This document shows positions 27,044-37,231 of a DNA stretch of 64,000 nt, piece by piece. The notes beneath the pieces are model-generated. The model was given only the letters and a program-made list of their open reading frames with translations. It searched no databases and was not told the DNA's origin. The stretch's first letter is position 1; the number at the start of each line of letters is the position of its first letter. The stretch is from Tubulanus polymorphus (lineage: Eukaryota > Animalia > Nemertea), in the NCBI RefSeq assembly GCF_964204645.1, contig NC_134032.1, positions 6,064,275 through 6,128,274 of the forward strand, given 5' to 3'. The position numbers and the translations under genes are program-made.

Positions 27044-27718
27044 ATGGAACCAGAACAACCACAAACTATCAATATTACAAATAACACTGGTGTTATAAAC
27101 ATATACTACAAGAAGTGTTCTAAATGTGAATTAGATAAATCATTTACAGAATTTAGTAAGCGTAAGACTAGCAAAGATGGTTTTCAATATTGTTGTAAAA
27201 CTTGTTTTAAACTATATACCAAACAATACCGAGAAGATAATATAGAACATTATAATTATTATATGGCAGAATATATGAGAGAAAGATATCAAACAGATCT
27301 TAATTTTAGATTGAAACAATGCTTAAGGACTAGATTAACACAATTATTCAACAAAGAAACACATTCAGAAACATTAACTAATTTGTTGGGTTGTTCAGAT
27401 GAATTTCTCAAATCATGGATTATATTTCAATTCGATGATAAAATGAATATAGATAATTATGGGGATTATTACCACATTGATCATGTGTTACCAATATCTA
27501 AATTTAACATGAATGATGAATACAATAAAAGACCTTTTTGGGGTTGGAAAAATTTAAGGCCTTTAGAAAAGAAAGAAAATCAAATCAAATCTAATAAACT
27601 AGATTTACAGTTATATTCAGAACAGTTAACAAAGGCAAAGAAATTTATTGATCAATGGAACAATAATCCAAATAATGAACGATACGTTGAGGAATTTGAT
27701 ATCAAGGATCCGAAATGA
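27044..27718 (+). CDS. HNH endonuclease of the large-DNA-virus type with N-terminal Zn finger
   Basis: CSKC...CKTC; LLGCS..FL..W..FQF...NYG.YYHIDHVLPISKF...NLRPL...EN..KSNK; intact ORF. Confidence 0.85.
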   Translation: MEPEQPQTINITNNTGVINIYYKKCSKCELDKSFTEFSKRKTSKDGFQYCCKTCFKLYTKQYREDNIEHYNYYMAEYMRERYQTDLNFRLKQCLRTRLTQLFNKETHSETLTNLLGCSDEFLKSWIIFQFDDKMNIDNYGDYYHIDHVLPISKFNMNDEYNKRPFWGWKNLRPLEKKENQIKSNKLDLQLYSEQLTKAKKFIDQWNNNPNNERYVEEFDIKDPK

Positions 27719-27830
27719 CTTATCTGGACAATTTAATTGCTCCACAGTGATAGACAAAAGTAGTGAGATGGTGCCGTACGGCACCCACATGGTGATATTC
27801 AATTATTTTTTTTGCTTTTTTTCTAAAATA

Positions 27831-28199
27831 TTAATCCATTTTTTTTATTATCAATTTTGGAATTTCAGAAGTACTTTCATTTTTGATAGCAGTTGGTTCA
27901 GAATTACTAATATCATGAATTTTATTTGATTTCTTATACCAATTACACCCAATCAAAATGAATACAATTACAAATCCAACTGTAAAATATAAATATTTAT
28001 CAAATATTCTACTATCAGAAGGAGTAGAAATAACAATATTTTCACCATTTTTATTAACATTTTTATTACTTATTTTTTCTTTTACAGCTTTTTTATATTC
28101 TTGTGATTTAATTCCTAATTGTCGAGACCATTCAATTTGTTTCTGAGTTCTCGGTTTTTTCTTCACAGTTAATTCCTTCACTTCTTTCACCTCGCTCAT
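27831..28199 (-). CDS. Polinton protein with one transmembrane segment
   Basis: 122 aa; basic N-terminus; hydrophobic YLYFTVGFVIVFILIGC; TAAATG start. Confidence 0.65.
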   Translation of the reverse strand: MSEVKEVKELTVKKKPRTQKQIEWSRQLGIKSQEYKKAVKEKISNKNVNKNGENIVISTPSDSRIFDKYLYFTVGFVIVFILIGCNWYKKSNKIHDISNSEPTAIKNESTSEIPKLIIKKMD

Positions 28200-28737
28200 T
28201 TATTATAGAAATATTTTTACTTTCAATATTTGAAAATGTTATAACTCCAGTTGATAATAATGTCATAAATCCACCTAATTGAAATGATAAATATCCAATC
28301 CATTTATTTAATTCAGTCATAACTAAATAATCATTTTTTAAATCGGAATATAATCTATTTTCATTTTCAATTGGTAGTATATAATTACATAATTTACTAT
28401 AACCTTTTACTACATTTTCTGATATCGCGTCATTAATTCTAGCTGTTCTCGCGGCTTCATAAATCTTAAATAATCTAATAATTTCATCTGATTTCATTGT
28501 GTCTAATTCATTATAAGTTTAATTTTTACCGACAAAATTTTTACATTTTCCAGATGCTATTAATATTTCTAATTGATGTTTACAATAAAGATAATATTCA
28601 TAATTATTATTTGTTGTAACATTATTTAAAGCACCATCATCTGGAGTTAATTTTGTTTCTGTTATTCCTAAATCATCTAAAGTTTTTTCAATTGGAACAT
28701 CACCATTTTTAGATTTTATTTTCTTTTCACCTCCCAT
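28132..28737 (-). pseudogene. Single ~200-aa Polinton gene split by an in-frame TAA
   Basis: ...NFVGKN*TYNELDTMKSDE... reads in one frame across ORFs 28519-28737 and 28132-28497. Confidence 0.7.
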
Positions 28738-28769
28738 TTATATAACAAATAAATTAGTTGTGTGATGTT

Positions 28770-29030
28770 GCAACTAGAATTTAACTAGAATGTAACTAGA
28801 ATTCAACTAGATTAACAAGCTAGTTGAAATATTGTTGTGTTTGTTTATTTCTTGTTAAATCTAGTTGATTTTTGTTTCAACTACTAACAACTAGAATTCA
28901 ACTAGAATGTAACTAGATTTAAAATAGATTAACAAGCTAGTTAAAATATTGTTAAATCTATTTGATTTTTGTTACAACTACTAATAACTAGAATTCAACT
29001 AGAATTCAATTAGATTAACAAGCTAGTTGA
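28770..29030. repeat. Intergenic nested tandem/inverted repeat array (AACTAGA core)
   Basis: 11-bp units AACTAGAAT(TC/GT/TT), three blocks each ending AGATTAACAAGCTAGTT. Confidence 0.9.
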
Positions 29031-29032
29031 AT

Positions 29033-29641
29033 TTAAATAAATTCATATTTAAATGGGTGTTGTAATCTAAATAGTAATTTTGATCTTTTAATATTTTTCA
29101 ACTTATCCATATATTCATTATGTAAATCATGTGGAATAATATCATTTTCCTCAAGTACATTTTTCATCGATTTTCTATCTTTATTATAGAATAAAACTAG
29201 AAATCTAATGTTTTCTCTAAAGTCTTTAACAATTGAATTATATTTTTGATTTAAAACCCAAGTTGTTATCCCAAAATGTCTTCCAGAGAAAGCCAAATAA
29301 CATAACTCACTTTCTCTAACTTTTGAATCATGTAGATTAGCACAATCATCTACAATGAATAATGTATTTGATCCTTTATAAATATCAATTGCTATTTTAA
29401 TACAATTATCTAAATTTTCTTTAACTGTTTTAGGATCTAATATAATAAATTTATTATTTCTAGTAATGTTTCTATCATAAGTTTGATTAAATTCATATGT
29501 TGGACAAAATAATACTATATTATCAAAATAGTTTTTGTAAACAGTTTCTAATAAATTTAATATAAAATAAGTTTTTCCACAATTTGTTACACCAGAAATT
29601 AACATATTATGAGGCTCAAATATGAATAATTCCTTATTCAT
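29033..29641 (-). CDS. A32/FtsK-like genome-packaging ATPase
   Basis: ISGVTNCGKT Walker A, FIVDD Walker B, GRHFGITTWVLNQKY. Confidence 0.92.
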   Translation of the reverse strand: MNKELFIFEPHNMLISGVTNCGKTYFILNLLETVYKNYFDNIVLFCPTYEFNQTYDRNITRNNKFIILDPKTVKENLDNCIKIAIDIYKGSNTLFIVDDCANLHDSKVRESELCYLAFSGRHFGITTWVLNQKYNSIVKDFRENIRFLVLFYNKDRKSMKNVLEENDIIPHDLHNEYMDKLKNIKRSKLLFRLQHPFKYEFI

Positions 29642-30770
29642 TTATATATTTTTAATTTTACTTGATAATATCCATTCATTAAATTTATCTGGCCATCCAA
29701 CCCATTTTACTAAAGAATATTTTTTTCTTTTAACAGTTTTTGTTTTCAGTACTTTTTCAATTTTATATTCTTGTTCTAGATTTTCAATAGTTAAACTTAA
29801 TTCTTCTTCGTAAAAGTATCCATCAACTTCTTCACCATCTAAATCTTCTAATTTATAGACATATGGTTTTGTTGTTATTACCTTTTTTATTTTATATATT
29901 TCTCTAGTAAAATTTCGATCGTATCCTTTGTCAAATATCTTTTTATACTTAGAAATTCTAACATTTTGACCAACTTTAAATTTAGGTTCACCAAAATCAT
30001 CAACAAGAAATGCTCCATATAAATTATTCCAAACAATTTCAGCATTTTCAGGTTTTCTAGCATCAATAGGTTTCATTCCAATAGAAGAATGATAAGAATT
30101 ATTATATCCTTCTATAAATTTTGGTAAAACATCAATCCATTTATAAGTATTATTTGCTGTGAAATATTTTGACATTCTTGTTCTTAATGTTCTATTAAAT
30201 CGTTCAACAACTGCTGCTTTTTTATCCGATTTTGTCGAAAAATATTTAATATTATGAAAATCTAAAAGTCCATGAACTAATGAATTATCAAATTCTTTTC
30301 CATCATCAAATTGAATTTTTTCTGGTTTTAGTTTACCACCTGAAAGAAATTTTCTTAAAACATGTGATGTTTGTGCAGCATCTTTTCTATAAAGTGGGAA
30401 GCTCCATACATAACGACTAAAAATATCAATTATATTCAATATCCACCAATAATCATTATTATCTTTTTTAAGATTTTTCATATCAATTAAATCTCCTTGC
30501 CACTGTTGATCTACATAACTTACCATAGTTTTACGAGTTTTATATTTTCTAACAATTTTTTTTATGTGTTGTATATGTTGGTTGTTCTAACATAAATTCA
30601 TTTATATCTTTATATTTAACTAAATTTTGTGGGATTATCTTATCTAATTTATCTTGTTTTACTTTACGCCATATATTTTTAGTAGAAGAATAAGCAACCG
30701 AACTCTCAGGGTTGTAATATAAATTTCTTAAATATTGTTCTTTAGTATTAGGAGTTTTTTTACCACTCAT
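29642..30770 (-). pseudogene. Retroviral-like (RVE) integrase with C-terminal chromodomain; one extra A in an A8 run
   Basis: WQGDLIDM, QFDDGKEF, VVERFNRTL (D,D,E); YKIEKVL...LVKWVGWPDKFNEWI chromodomain; removing one A near 30560 joins 30549-30770 to 29642-30526 (HKKIVRKYKTRKTMVSY). Confidence 0.92.
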
Positions 30771-30800
30771 TTATATATCCTTAATTTTAACTTTATATTT

Positions 30801-32048
30801 CTAATATTGAATACTATCTAATTGTGAATTTACAATATTTAATTGTGCGTCAGATATAATATAAATGTGCATTTTGAAATTTAAGCTTCCTTTTTTCTTT
30901 TTCATAAATAATTGTATTCCATCTTTAGTGTTTTGTAGTTTTTTTCCAGAACCATGTAATGAATTATCCTCTGTTGTTCTAAAATCTAACCATAATGCAT
31001 ATTTATTACCGGTATAATAGTCAATTTGATTAATATTACAATTTTCAAATGATTTTATTTTTTCATTCATAAAATGTTTTTTAATTTCTACCCATTGATC
31101 TATCATTCTCATTCCTTGACAAAATATTTTATTCGCTATACCTTCGATAGTTATTTCTACTTTTGTTATTTCAGGATTATAATAATTATCTACCTTTATT
31201 GCGCCATTAGTATACGTTCCAATAGTAAAAAATATTAATATACCTTTAATAGATCTTCTAGGAAAGTTAATATTCTCATTAATTATTTCATCATTTGCAT
31301 TAATAGTTACAGTTTTAAATTTATCAATATAATCATATAATAATGAAAATCCTTGATTGTATTGAGTTTGAATTATACTTGAAATATTTTCATCAGTTAC
31401 TGTATCATATTCTAAACATATATTCGATAATTTATAACTCATATCTTTAACAACGCTAGATAATACAATTTCATTTACAGGAGCAAATGTTATCTCAAAT
31501 ATAATATCTTCTTGAATTGCGTATTTATATAAAGGGGCATTATTATTTATCAATTCAAAATCTAATGGAATTTTATATTTGCTTCCATATATACTTTTTA
31601 TCAATTTATCTACATCATTTGTTAATATTGCGCTATTAGCTTCTGATCTTAATTTATTTTGGTTTTCTGATTGGATGCCTTGAAATATCATATTATTTCT
31701 ATTTTCTTTTGTTAACCATAAATCTTTATAATACATGAATAAATTATAATCATCTAATGAGAAAACTGTTTCTGGACCAATCTTTATTGTTAACTTTTTA
31801 ATCAAATATCTTCCAACATTATCAACGACATAATTATTATTATTACCGATTACTTTTATATCAGCTGATAAATAAATACTATTTGGAACATAAAAAGTAT
31901 TTTGTGTTAATCTCGGAATTCTAACATATAAAGTTTCATCGGGATTAATATTTGAAGGGTTATGAGTAATTATATGATGTGATCTTTCTGCTTTAATAGC
32001 ATTAGATATTCTATGATTCTTAGAAGGATTGATATAACTCCCACTCAT
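30801..32048 (-). CDS. Major capsid protein (double jelly-roll)
   Basis: 415 aa, beta-rich; HNPSNINPDETLYVRIPRL...VPNSIYL; YKLSNICLEYD; position and size typical of Polinton MCP; intact. Confidence 0.8.
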   Translation of the reverse strand: MSGSYINPSKNHRISNAIKAERSHHIITHNPSNINPDETLYVRIPRLTQNTFYVPNSIYLSADIKVIGNNNNYVVDNVGRYLIKKLTIKIGPETVFSLDDYNLFMYYKDLWLTKENRNNMIFQGIQSENQNKLRSEANSAILTNDVDKLIKSIYGSKYKIPLDFELINNNAPLYKYAIQEDIIFEITFAPVNEIVLSSVVKDMSYKLSNICLEYDTVTDENISSIIQTQYNQGFSLLYDYIDKFKTVTINANDEIINENINFPRRSIKGILIFFTIGTYTNGAIKVDNYYNPEITKVEITIEGIANKIFCQGMRMIDQWVEIKKHFMNEKIKSFENCNINQIDYYTGNKYALWLDFRTTEDNSLHGSGKKLQNTKDGIQLFMKKKKGSLNFKMHIYIISDAQLNIVNSQLDSIQY

Positions 32049-32068
32049 TTATTTAACAAAAAAATTAA

Positions 32069-33493
32069 TTATTTATTTTTAATCATATTTACTAACCCAA
32101 AAATAATAGCACTTACAACTGTGATTAAAAATAAAATAATATGTTCAGCAACAAAGTTAAGAATATTACCTGCAGATTTCAATATAAAACCAACAATTGA
32201 TGCAATAACTCCTGGTAATGCTGCAGCAGATTTTTTAGATAGTTCCCATAAATATTTTGCTAATTTCTTTAAACCATCCTTAACTTTATCTTGTATAGAA
32301 TTATTACCTGGAGGTTTATCCGGTTTATTTGGAGTAGGAGTAGATTTCAAAGCATTTGATATTGCTAAACCAATTGTTGTAAATACCATAGTTATAGATG
32401 TTAGAATTGAAAGAATTGTTATTCCTTCTAATTTAAATAATAACTTTATTCTATCTTTTAATGATATTTCAGAATTTGGTTTAATCAACAAATCTTTAAA
32501 AATAACTTTTAATCTATTAATATTATAATCATATGATTTTAATAATAATTTAATTTCTTCTTTTTGTAATTCTATGTTATATTCTAAATCATCTATTTTT
32601 TTTTCTAAACGAAATTCTTTTTGCTTATATTCTATTTCATCAATTACTTGATGGTCTAAATCAGACTTTAATTTTTCTATTTCTTTATTTTTATCAGTTA
32701 ATTCTTTTTCTAAAGTTCTAATTTTAAAATCTCTTATACTTTTATTATGTGCAATTTTATCAGCTTCATTTCTTATACTAATAATTTCTCTAATTGCTTC
32801 ATCAGAAAATATATTTAAATCTTCTAATTGTTGATTTGTTGCATCAAGTAATCCATTTGGTAAAAGTTTTTCAGTTTGAACTTTATTTGATTTAAGTTTA
32901 CTAGTTTTGGAAGTTATATTCTGTTCAGAAGTTGTTTCTGTTTCTAAATTTTCATTAATTATCTTAAAAAAATTAGTATTTCTTTGTTTAAATTCTTTTA
33001 TATTATCATCTCTTTCTTTTTGTGTAACATCAGTTATAACATCATCAATGATTTTCTTAATTCTAGATTGTTCTAATAAATTAAAAGTTGATTGTGTTAT
33101 TATTTTATCACTACTTTTAAGATTTGAAATCTTAAAATAATAGTCACCTTTCAATTTCCAATAATATTCACCATTTAAATATTTCAAATCTTCTACTAAA
33201 TGATCCATACCTTTATTTGTTATATTGAATCCAGATTTTTCTAATATTGGTTTAAATTTATGAATAATTTCATTATAATTGTATTTTTTTTCTGTTATTT
33301 CTGGTACTTCATTTTCAATACTTATCTTTGAACGTGCTTTGTCAATAAATTGGGGTGTAGTTAAATTAGAATTATATGCTGTTTCATTTCCATCATTAAA
33401 ACTTGTTTCATCAAAATCAGGTGGTTGTTCATCAGTTATACCAGGTTCATCAAAAGGATCCATTCCAATATCTTCTCCACCTTCTACTTCCAT
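32069..33493 (-). CDS. Coiled-coil protein with C-terminal hydrophobic/amphipathic helices
   Basis: 474 aa; EGITILSILTSITMVFTTIGLAI and AAALPGVIASIVGFILKSAGNILNFVAEHIILFLITV; homolog in copy B. Confidence 0.8.
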   Translation of the reverse strand: MEVEGGEDIGMDPFDEPGITDEQPPDFDETSFNDGNETAYNSNLTTPQFIDKARSKISIENEVPEITEKKYNYNEIIHKFKPILEKSGFNITNKGMDHLVEDLKYLNGEYYWKLKGDYYFKISNLKSSDKIITQSTFNLLEQSRIKKIIDDVITDVTQKERDDNIKEFKQRNTNFFKIINENLETETTSEQNITSKTSKLKSNKVQTEKLLPNGLLDATNQQLEDLNIFSDEAIREIISIRNEADKIAHNKSIRDFKIRTLEKELTDKNKEIEKLKSDLDHQVIDEIEYKQKEFRLEKKIDDLEYNIELQKEEIKLLLKSYDYNINRLKVIFKDLLIKPNSEISLKDRIKLLFKLEGITILSILTSITMVFTTIGLAISNALKSTPTPNKPDKPPGNNSIQDKVKDGLKKLAKYLWELSKKSAAALPGVIASIVGFILKSAGNILNFVAEHIILFLITVVSAIIFGLVNMIKNK

Positions 33494-33509
33494 TTATATA
33501 ATAAAAAAA

Positions 33510-34892
33510 TTAAAATTTAAAATATAATATTCCTCCGATTACAATTCCTATACAAGTTATAGCTAATTTAGTATTTTCATGGGATTTATTATCATCATTT
33601 AGTTTAATTATATCATGTTGAATATTATCAGTTTCTATATTTTCTGATGTATTGTAATCTTTTATTTTAGAATCATTATTTAATTTAATATTCTTAGTTT
33701 TAGTTTCTGTTGATTGAATATGTTTTTTATTTTTTTCACCTTCCATTAATTTTGGAGCAGTAATAATCTTTTTATTTATATCATTTAATCCAAATGAATT
33801 ATTTATTGTTGCAGTTTTAATTAGATTATTATAACCAATTATGTTTCCCATCTTTAATACTAAATCATTAGAAATAATTAATAGATTAGGGCCTATAGAA
33901 TAATTTAGTCTTACATGAGATTTATCTAAATAATTTTGATATCTTATAATGTTTTCTGGAATCGATCTATTTTTATCATTATGTATGGAATCTTCAAATA
34001 AAACTTTAAATTGTTTTTGTGTATCGAATGATGTATTCAAATTTCCAATTATCGGTGATCTTGTTTCAACTTGTGATCCTAGAATACAAATCAAATAAAT
34101 TCTAATAGATTGATTTATTCTTTCTATACCTGATTTAGTAAAACCTTCACTATTTTCTAAAATAAAATAAACCCAACCATTATTGTTTTCTTGTTTTAAA
34201 TTATCATAAAATTTCGGTAATTTATTGAAATTTAATGTTTCTAAATCCTTTGTTTCTATTTTACCATAACCTAATTTATTATTATAGATATTATAAAAAC
34301 TATTAGATGGTATGGGAAGTGCACAATATTCTGCAATCTTTTTAGGGCAAGGAAGTGATCTTATTGTTCCAATTTTTGTTCTAAAATCAGAATTATTTAT
34401 ATCTATATTAAATTCATTACAAATTTTATAAAACTTTGATAAATTAATATTATTATCCAATTCTTTGAAATATCTAGATCCTGGTAAAGCACACTCTAAT
34501 TCATTGAATATTATTCTGATTTGAAAGTTTGTATGAAATCTAAATAAACTTTGAATTAGTTTATATTTAGAATTATTCAAATGATCATTCCAACTAATTC
34601 CACATCCTGTTGTTGCACAATAAACAGCAAAATTTAATTGGTTCTGCCAATACTTCATATTAGATTTTAATAACCATTGTTTTTCATCTTTCAATTTTTT
34701 AAAATTAATTAAATATACATGAAATATATTTTCCATCTTTGCATTAAAATTATTAGTTTCAGTAACATAAATTTCTAAATTAGTTAATGAATCTAAAACT
34801 TCATTTCTATATGTAATATCTTTATTAAAATCTATTGCTGGAATATTATATTTAATTGATTTATTATATTGGAAAGCTTTTGGAAACCCCAT
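33510..34892 (-). CDS. Conserved Polinton protein with C-terminal membrane anchor
   Basis: 460 aa; WQNQLNFAVYCATTGCGIS; terminal LAITCIGIVIGGILYF; homolog in copy B. Confidence 0.8.
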   Translation of the reverse strand: MGFPKAFQYNKSIKYNIPAIDFNKDITYRNEVLDSLTNLEIYVTETNNFNAKMENIFHVYLINFKKLKDEKQWLLKSNMKYWQNQLNFAVYCATTGCGISWNDHLNNSKYKLIQSLFRFHTNFQIRIIFNELECALPGSRYFKELDNNINLSKFYKICNEFNIDINNSDFRTKIGTIRSLPCPKKIAEYCALPIPSNSFYNIYNNKLGYGKIETKDLETLNFNKLPKFYDNLKQENNNGWVYFILENSEGFTKSGIERINQSIRIYLICILGSQVETRSPIIGNLNTSFDTQKQFKVLFEDSIHNDKNRSIPENIIRYQNYLDKSHVRLNYSIGPNLLIISNDLVLKMGNIIGYNNLIKTATINNSFGLNDINKKIITAPKLMEGEKNKKHIQSTETKTKNIKLNNDSKIKDYNTSENIETDNIQHDIIKLNDDNKSHENTKLAITCIGIVIGGILYFKF

Positions 34893-34908
34893 TTATATAA
34901 CTAAAAAA

Positions 34909-35343
34909 TTAATAATTTATTAATTCTTTTAATAATTTATCTTGTTCTTCAACTGTTATATGACCATTTAAACTTATTATATAATCTAGTGTGTTCTTTA
35001 ATTTATTTATTTCTTTTATATTAGTTTTGATTTTTTCTTTATTACTTTTTATATTTAATTTTGAACTTATACCAGTTAAAACACTTGAACTTAATCCTAA
35101 CACACCAATTGATATAGCTAAAGGTGTTAATGGACTGAATATTGCTAGAAATGTTATTACAGAACTAATTGTAACCGAACCACTTATAATCAAATAATAT
35201 ATAATTTTACTTTTTAAATATTTTTTCTTTTTTATCTTTAAGTCACTTTCAAATTCTAATATTTGTTTTTCTAAATATGTTTTTAATTTAGTTTTATTTA
35301 TATCATGAGGAATAATATCAATACTATCAACTTTATCTTCCAT
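34909..35343 (-). CDS. Two-TM membrane protein
   Basis: 144 aa with a central hydrophobic hairpin; TAAATG start. Confidence 0.7.
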   Translation of the reverse strand: MEDKVDSIDIIPHDINKTKLKTYLEKQILEFESDLKIKKKKYLKSKIIYYLIISGSVTISSVITFLAIFSPLTPLAISIGVLGLSSSVLTGISSKLNIKSNKEKIKTNIKEINKLKNTLDYIISLNGHITVEEQDKLLKELINY

Positions 35344-35362
35344 TTATTTAGAATAAAAATTA

Positions 35363-35785
35363 CTAATTAGTAAACTTATAAGCAACAAATATAACAATAA
35401 CAGTTCCACCTAAAATCCATATTATTTCATATTTCTGTTGTTCTTTACTCGGGGTATAATAATCTGATAATTTAGGTTTGTATAGATGTAATTTTTCTTT
35501 ATTGGTTACTGCGTTATATAAACTCATTGCATCATCAACTGATTGAAAATATCTGTGTGAAATCTTCTGATCATATAATTCTTTATTGATGTAATCCATA
35601 TAGTTTTGTCTCTTTTCTCTATATTCTTCTGCAGCTTTATTGTATTTCTCTAACGCTAAATTATGTCTTCTTTGTTCTCCTAATGAACTATTTTTATCAA
35701 TATGTTTAAATAAATAACCACCACCAGTAAATGCTAAAGCGTTAACAATTGCCGATCCTATAATAGTTATAATTGCAGAAGCCAT
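35363..35785 (-). CDS. Small membrane protein with hydrophobic N- and C-termini
   Basis: 140 aa; IIGSAIVNALAFTGGGYLF...EQRRHNLALE...IIWILGGTVIVIFVAY. Confidence 0.75.
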   Translation of the reverse strand: MASAIITIIGSAIVNALAFTGGGYLFKHIDKNSSLGEQRRHNLALEKYNKAAEEYREKRQNYMDYINKELYDQKISHRYFQSVDDAMSLYNAVTNKEKLHLYKPKLSDYYTPSKEQQKYEIIWILGGTVIVIFVAYKFTN

Positions 35786-35809
35786 TTATTTAACAAAAAA
35801 ATTATGCAT

Positions 35810-36031
35810 TTATATGGGAGGAATATATTTTTGTTTTTCCAAATAATCAATAGTTAAATTAGATAAAGTAACTGCTAACGTTAATTTCAAAATATCATTG
35901 ATATCAAATCTATCAACATTAACATTTCCCATTTTGAATACTTTTTTTAATACCATTGAATAACCAACCGTTCCAACTGATAGTAATGCGCCATTATATA
36001 ATCCAGTTATTATCCACTTATTATCACTCAT
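35810..36031 (-). CDS. Small hydrophobic Polinton protein
   Basis: 73 aa; TAAATG start abutting the upstream stop. Confidence 0.65.
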   Translation of the reverse strand: MSDNKWIITGLYNGALLSVGTVGYSMVLKKVFKMGNVNVDRFDINDILKLTLAVTLSNLTIDYLEKQKYIPPI

Positions 36032-36388
36032 TTATTTATCAAAAAAATTACTATCTTCAAAATATTTAGTTATCTTAGTGATGATTATTTCAACATTTAT
36101 TTTATTACTAGTTTCATTTGTATATATTTCAATTATTATTTTTTTAATATCATCGATTATAAAATATTCATCTAATTCATAAAATCTTAAAGATTCTCTA
36201 ATTAAATTAGTAATCTTTTCTACATTTAAAGTTTCTTTATCTATTGTTGTTTCATACTCAAATGTTGTTTCTTTAGAAAATACAACATTTTTGATTTGTG
36301 TAATTACATCATTAATGTTAAATTTCATTTCTTTCTCACGTTTAAAATCAAATCCAAAACATATACTCGGTCCAACAGTTATATTCAT
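36032..36388 (-). CDS. Hypothetical Polinton protein
   Basis: 118 aa; homolog at 20397 in copy B. Confidence 0.75.
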   Translation of the reverse strand: MNITVGPSICFGFDFKREKEMKFNINDVITQIKNVVFSKETTFEYETTIDKETLNVEKITNLIRESLRFYELDEYFIIDDIKKIIIEIYTNETSNKINVEIIITKITKYFEDSNFFDK

Positions 36389-36404
36389 TTATATAATGAA
36401 AAAA

Positions 36405-37163
36405 TTACTCTTTACATCTTATAACTAATTCATAAATTACAGGGAAATTATTTAAATCAATTAAGTATCCATTATGATTTCTAATTTCTAATCTAAAATT
36501 ATTAAAACGAGGAATGCATGGTTTGAAATCACATTCTGTTAAATTATAATTTATTTGTGTTCCAAATTCTTTAACATTCTTCAATGGTAAAATGTTTAGT
36601 AAACCAGAATTACAAGTTATATCTTTAGTTGCTTCGAATGTTTTTGTAGCATCAATTAAATTGCAATAAATATAAAAGTGTGTGTAAGGTATTAAGTTTG
36701 GTGTAACTTCTACGTTTCCTGTAGCAGTAAATGGTTTAATTCCTAACATTTTAGCTAATGGTTTGTTTACCATAAATGCTTGTTTGTTTCCTTCATCTAA
36801 CTTTATTTTAATTTTATCAGAACTATCACTTTTTATGAATCTAATTAAAAATTTATCTTCACTTCTAAGTTTTAATCGTGCTCTTCTGTTAATTTCTTGT
36901 GCTAATTTTTCTAAATTATATAATCCCGGTTTTAATAATAGATTATACCATTTATCTATATTTTCTACATAAATCATAAACAATCTATGTTCAATACTTT
37001 TATCTGATATATTATAAAAAGAATTACATAAACTTATATTAACTAATTTTAAATCAACACAATTCTTAAATTCTCTATCTAATTGTACTAGTAAATTATG
37101 TGATTCATAATTTTTAAGTCTTCTAGAATCAACAAATATTCTGTATTCTTTTAATTCTACCAT
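36405..37163 (-). CDS. Minor capsid protein (penton, single jelly-roll)
   Basis: IFVDSR...VQLDREFKN...LVNISLCNSFYNIS; YIYCNLI; FRLEIRNHNGYLIDLNNFPVIYEL. Confidence 0.8.
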   Translation of the reverse strand: MVELKEYRIFVDSRRLKNYESHNLLVQLDREFKNCVDLKLVNISLCNSFYNISDKSIEHRLFMIYVENIDKWYNLLLKPGLYNLEKLAQEINRRARLKLRSEDKFLIRFIKSDSSDKIKIKLDEGNKQAFMVNKPLAKMLGIKPFTATGNVEVTPNLIPYTHFYIYCNLIDATKTFEATKDITCNSGLLNILPLKNVKEFGTQINYNLTECDFKPCIPRFNNFRLEIRNHNGYLIDLNNFPVIYELVIRCKE

Positions 37164-37231
37164 TATTTATAACATAAAAAAATTACCGCTCATCACTAAA
37201 AATTAATTTTAATAAAATTTTTCCTAAATAA

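Noticed and set aside
28770-29030. CRISPR-like array
   Set aside because: No unique spacers, no cas genes, eukaryotic context
32013-33527. Plus-strand ORFs overlapping Polinton genes (also 27958, 29622, 34991, 36763; antisense 53929, 54376)
   Set aside because: Antisense shadows of real genes, with no TAAATG start or motifs
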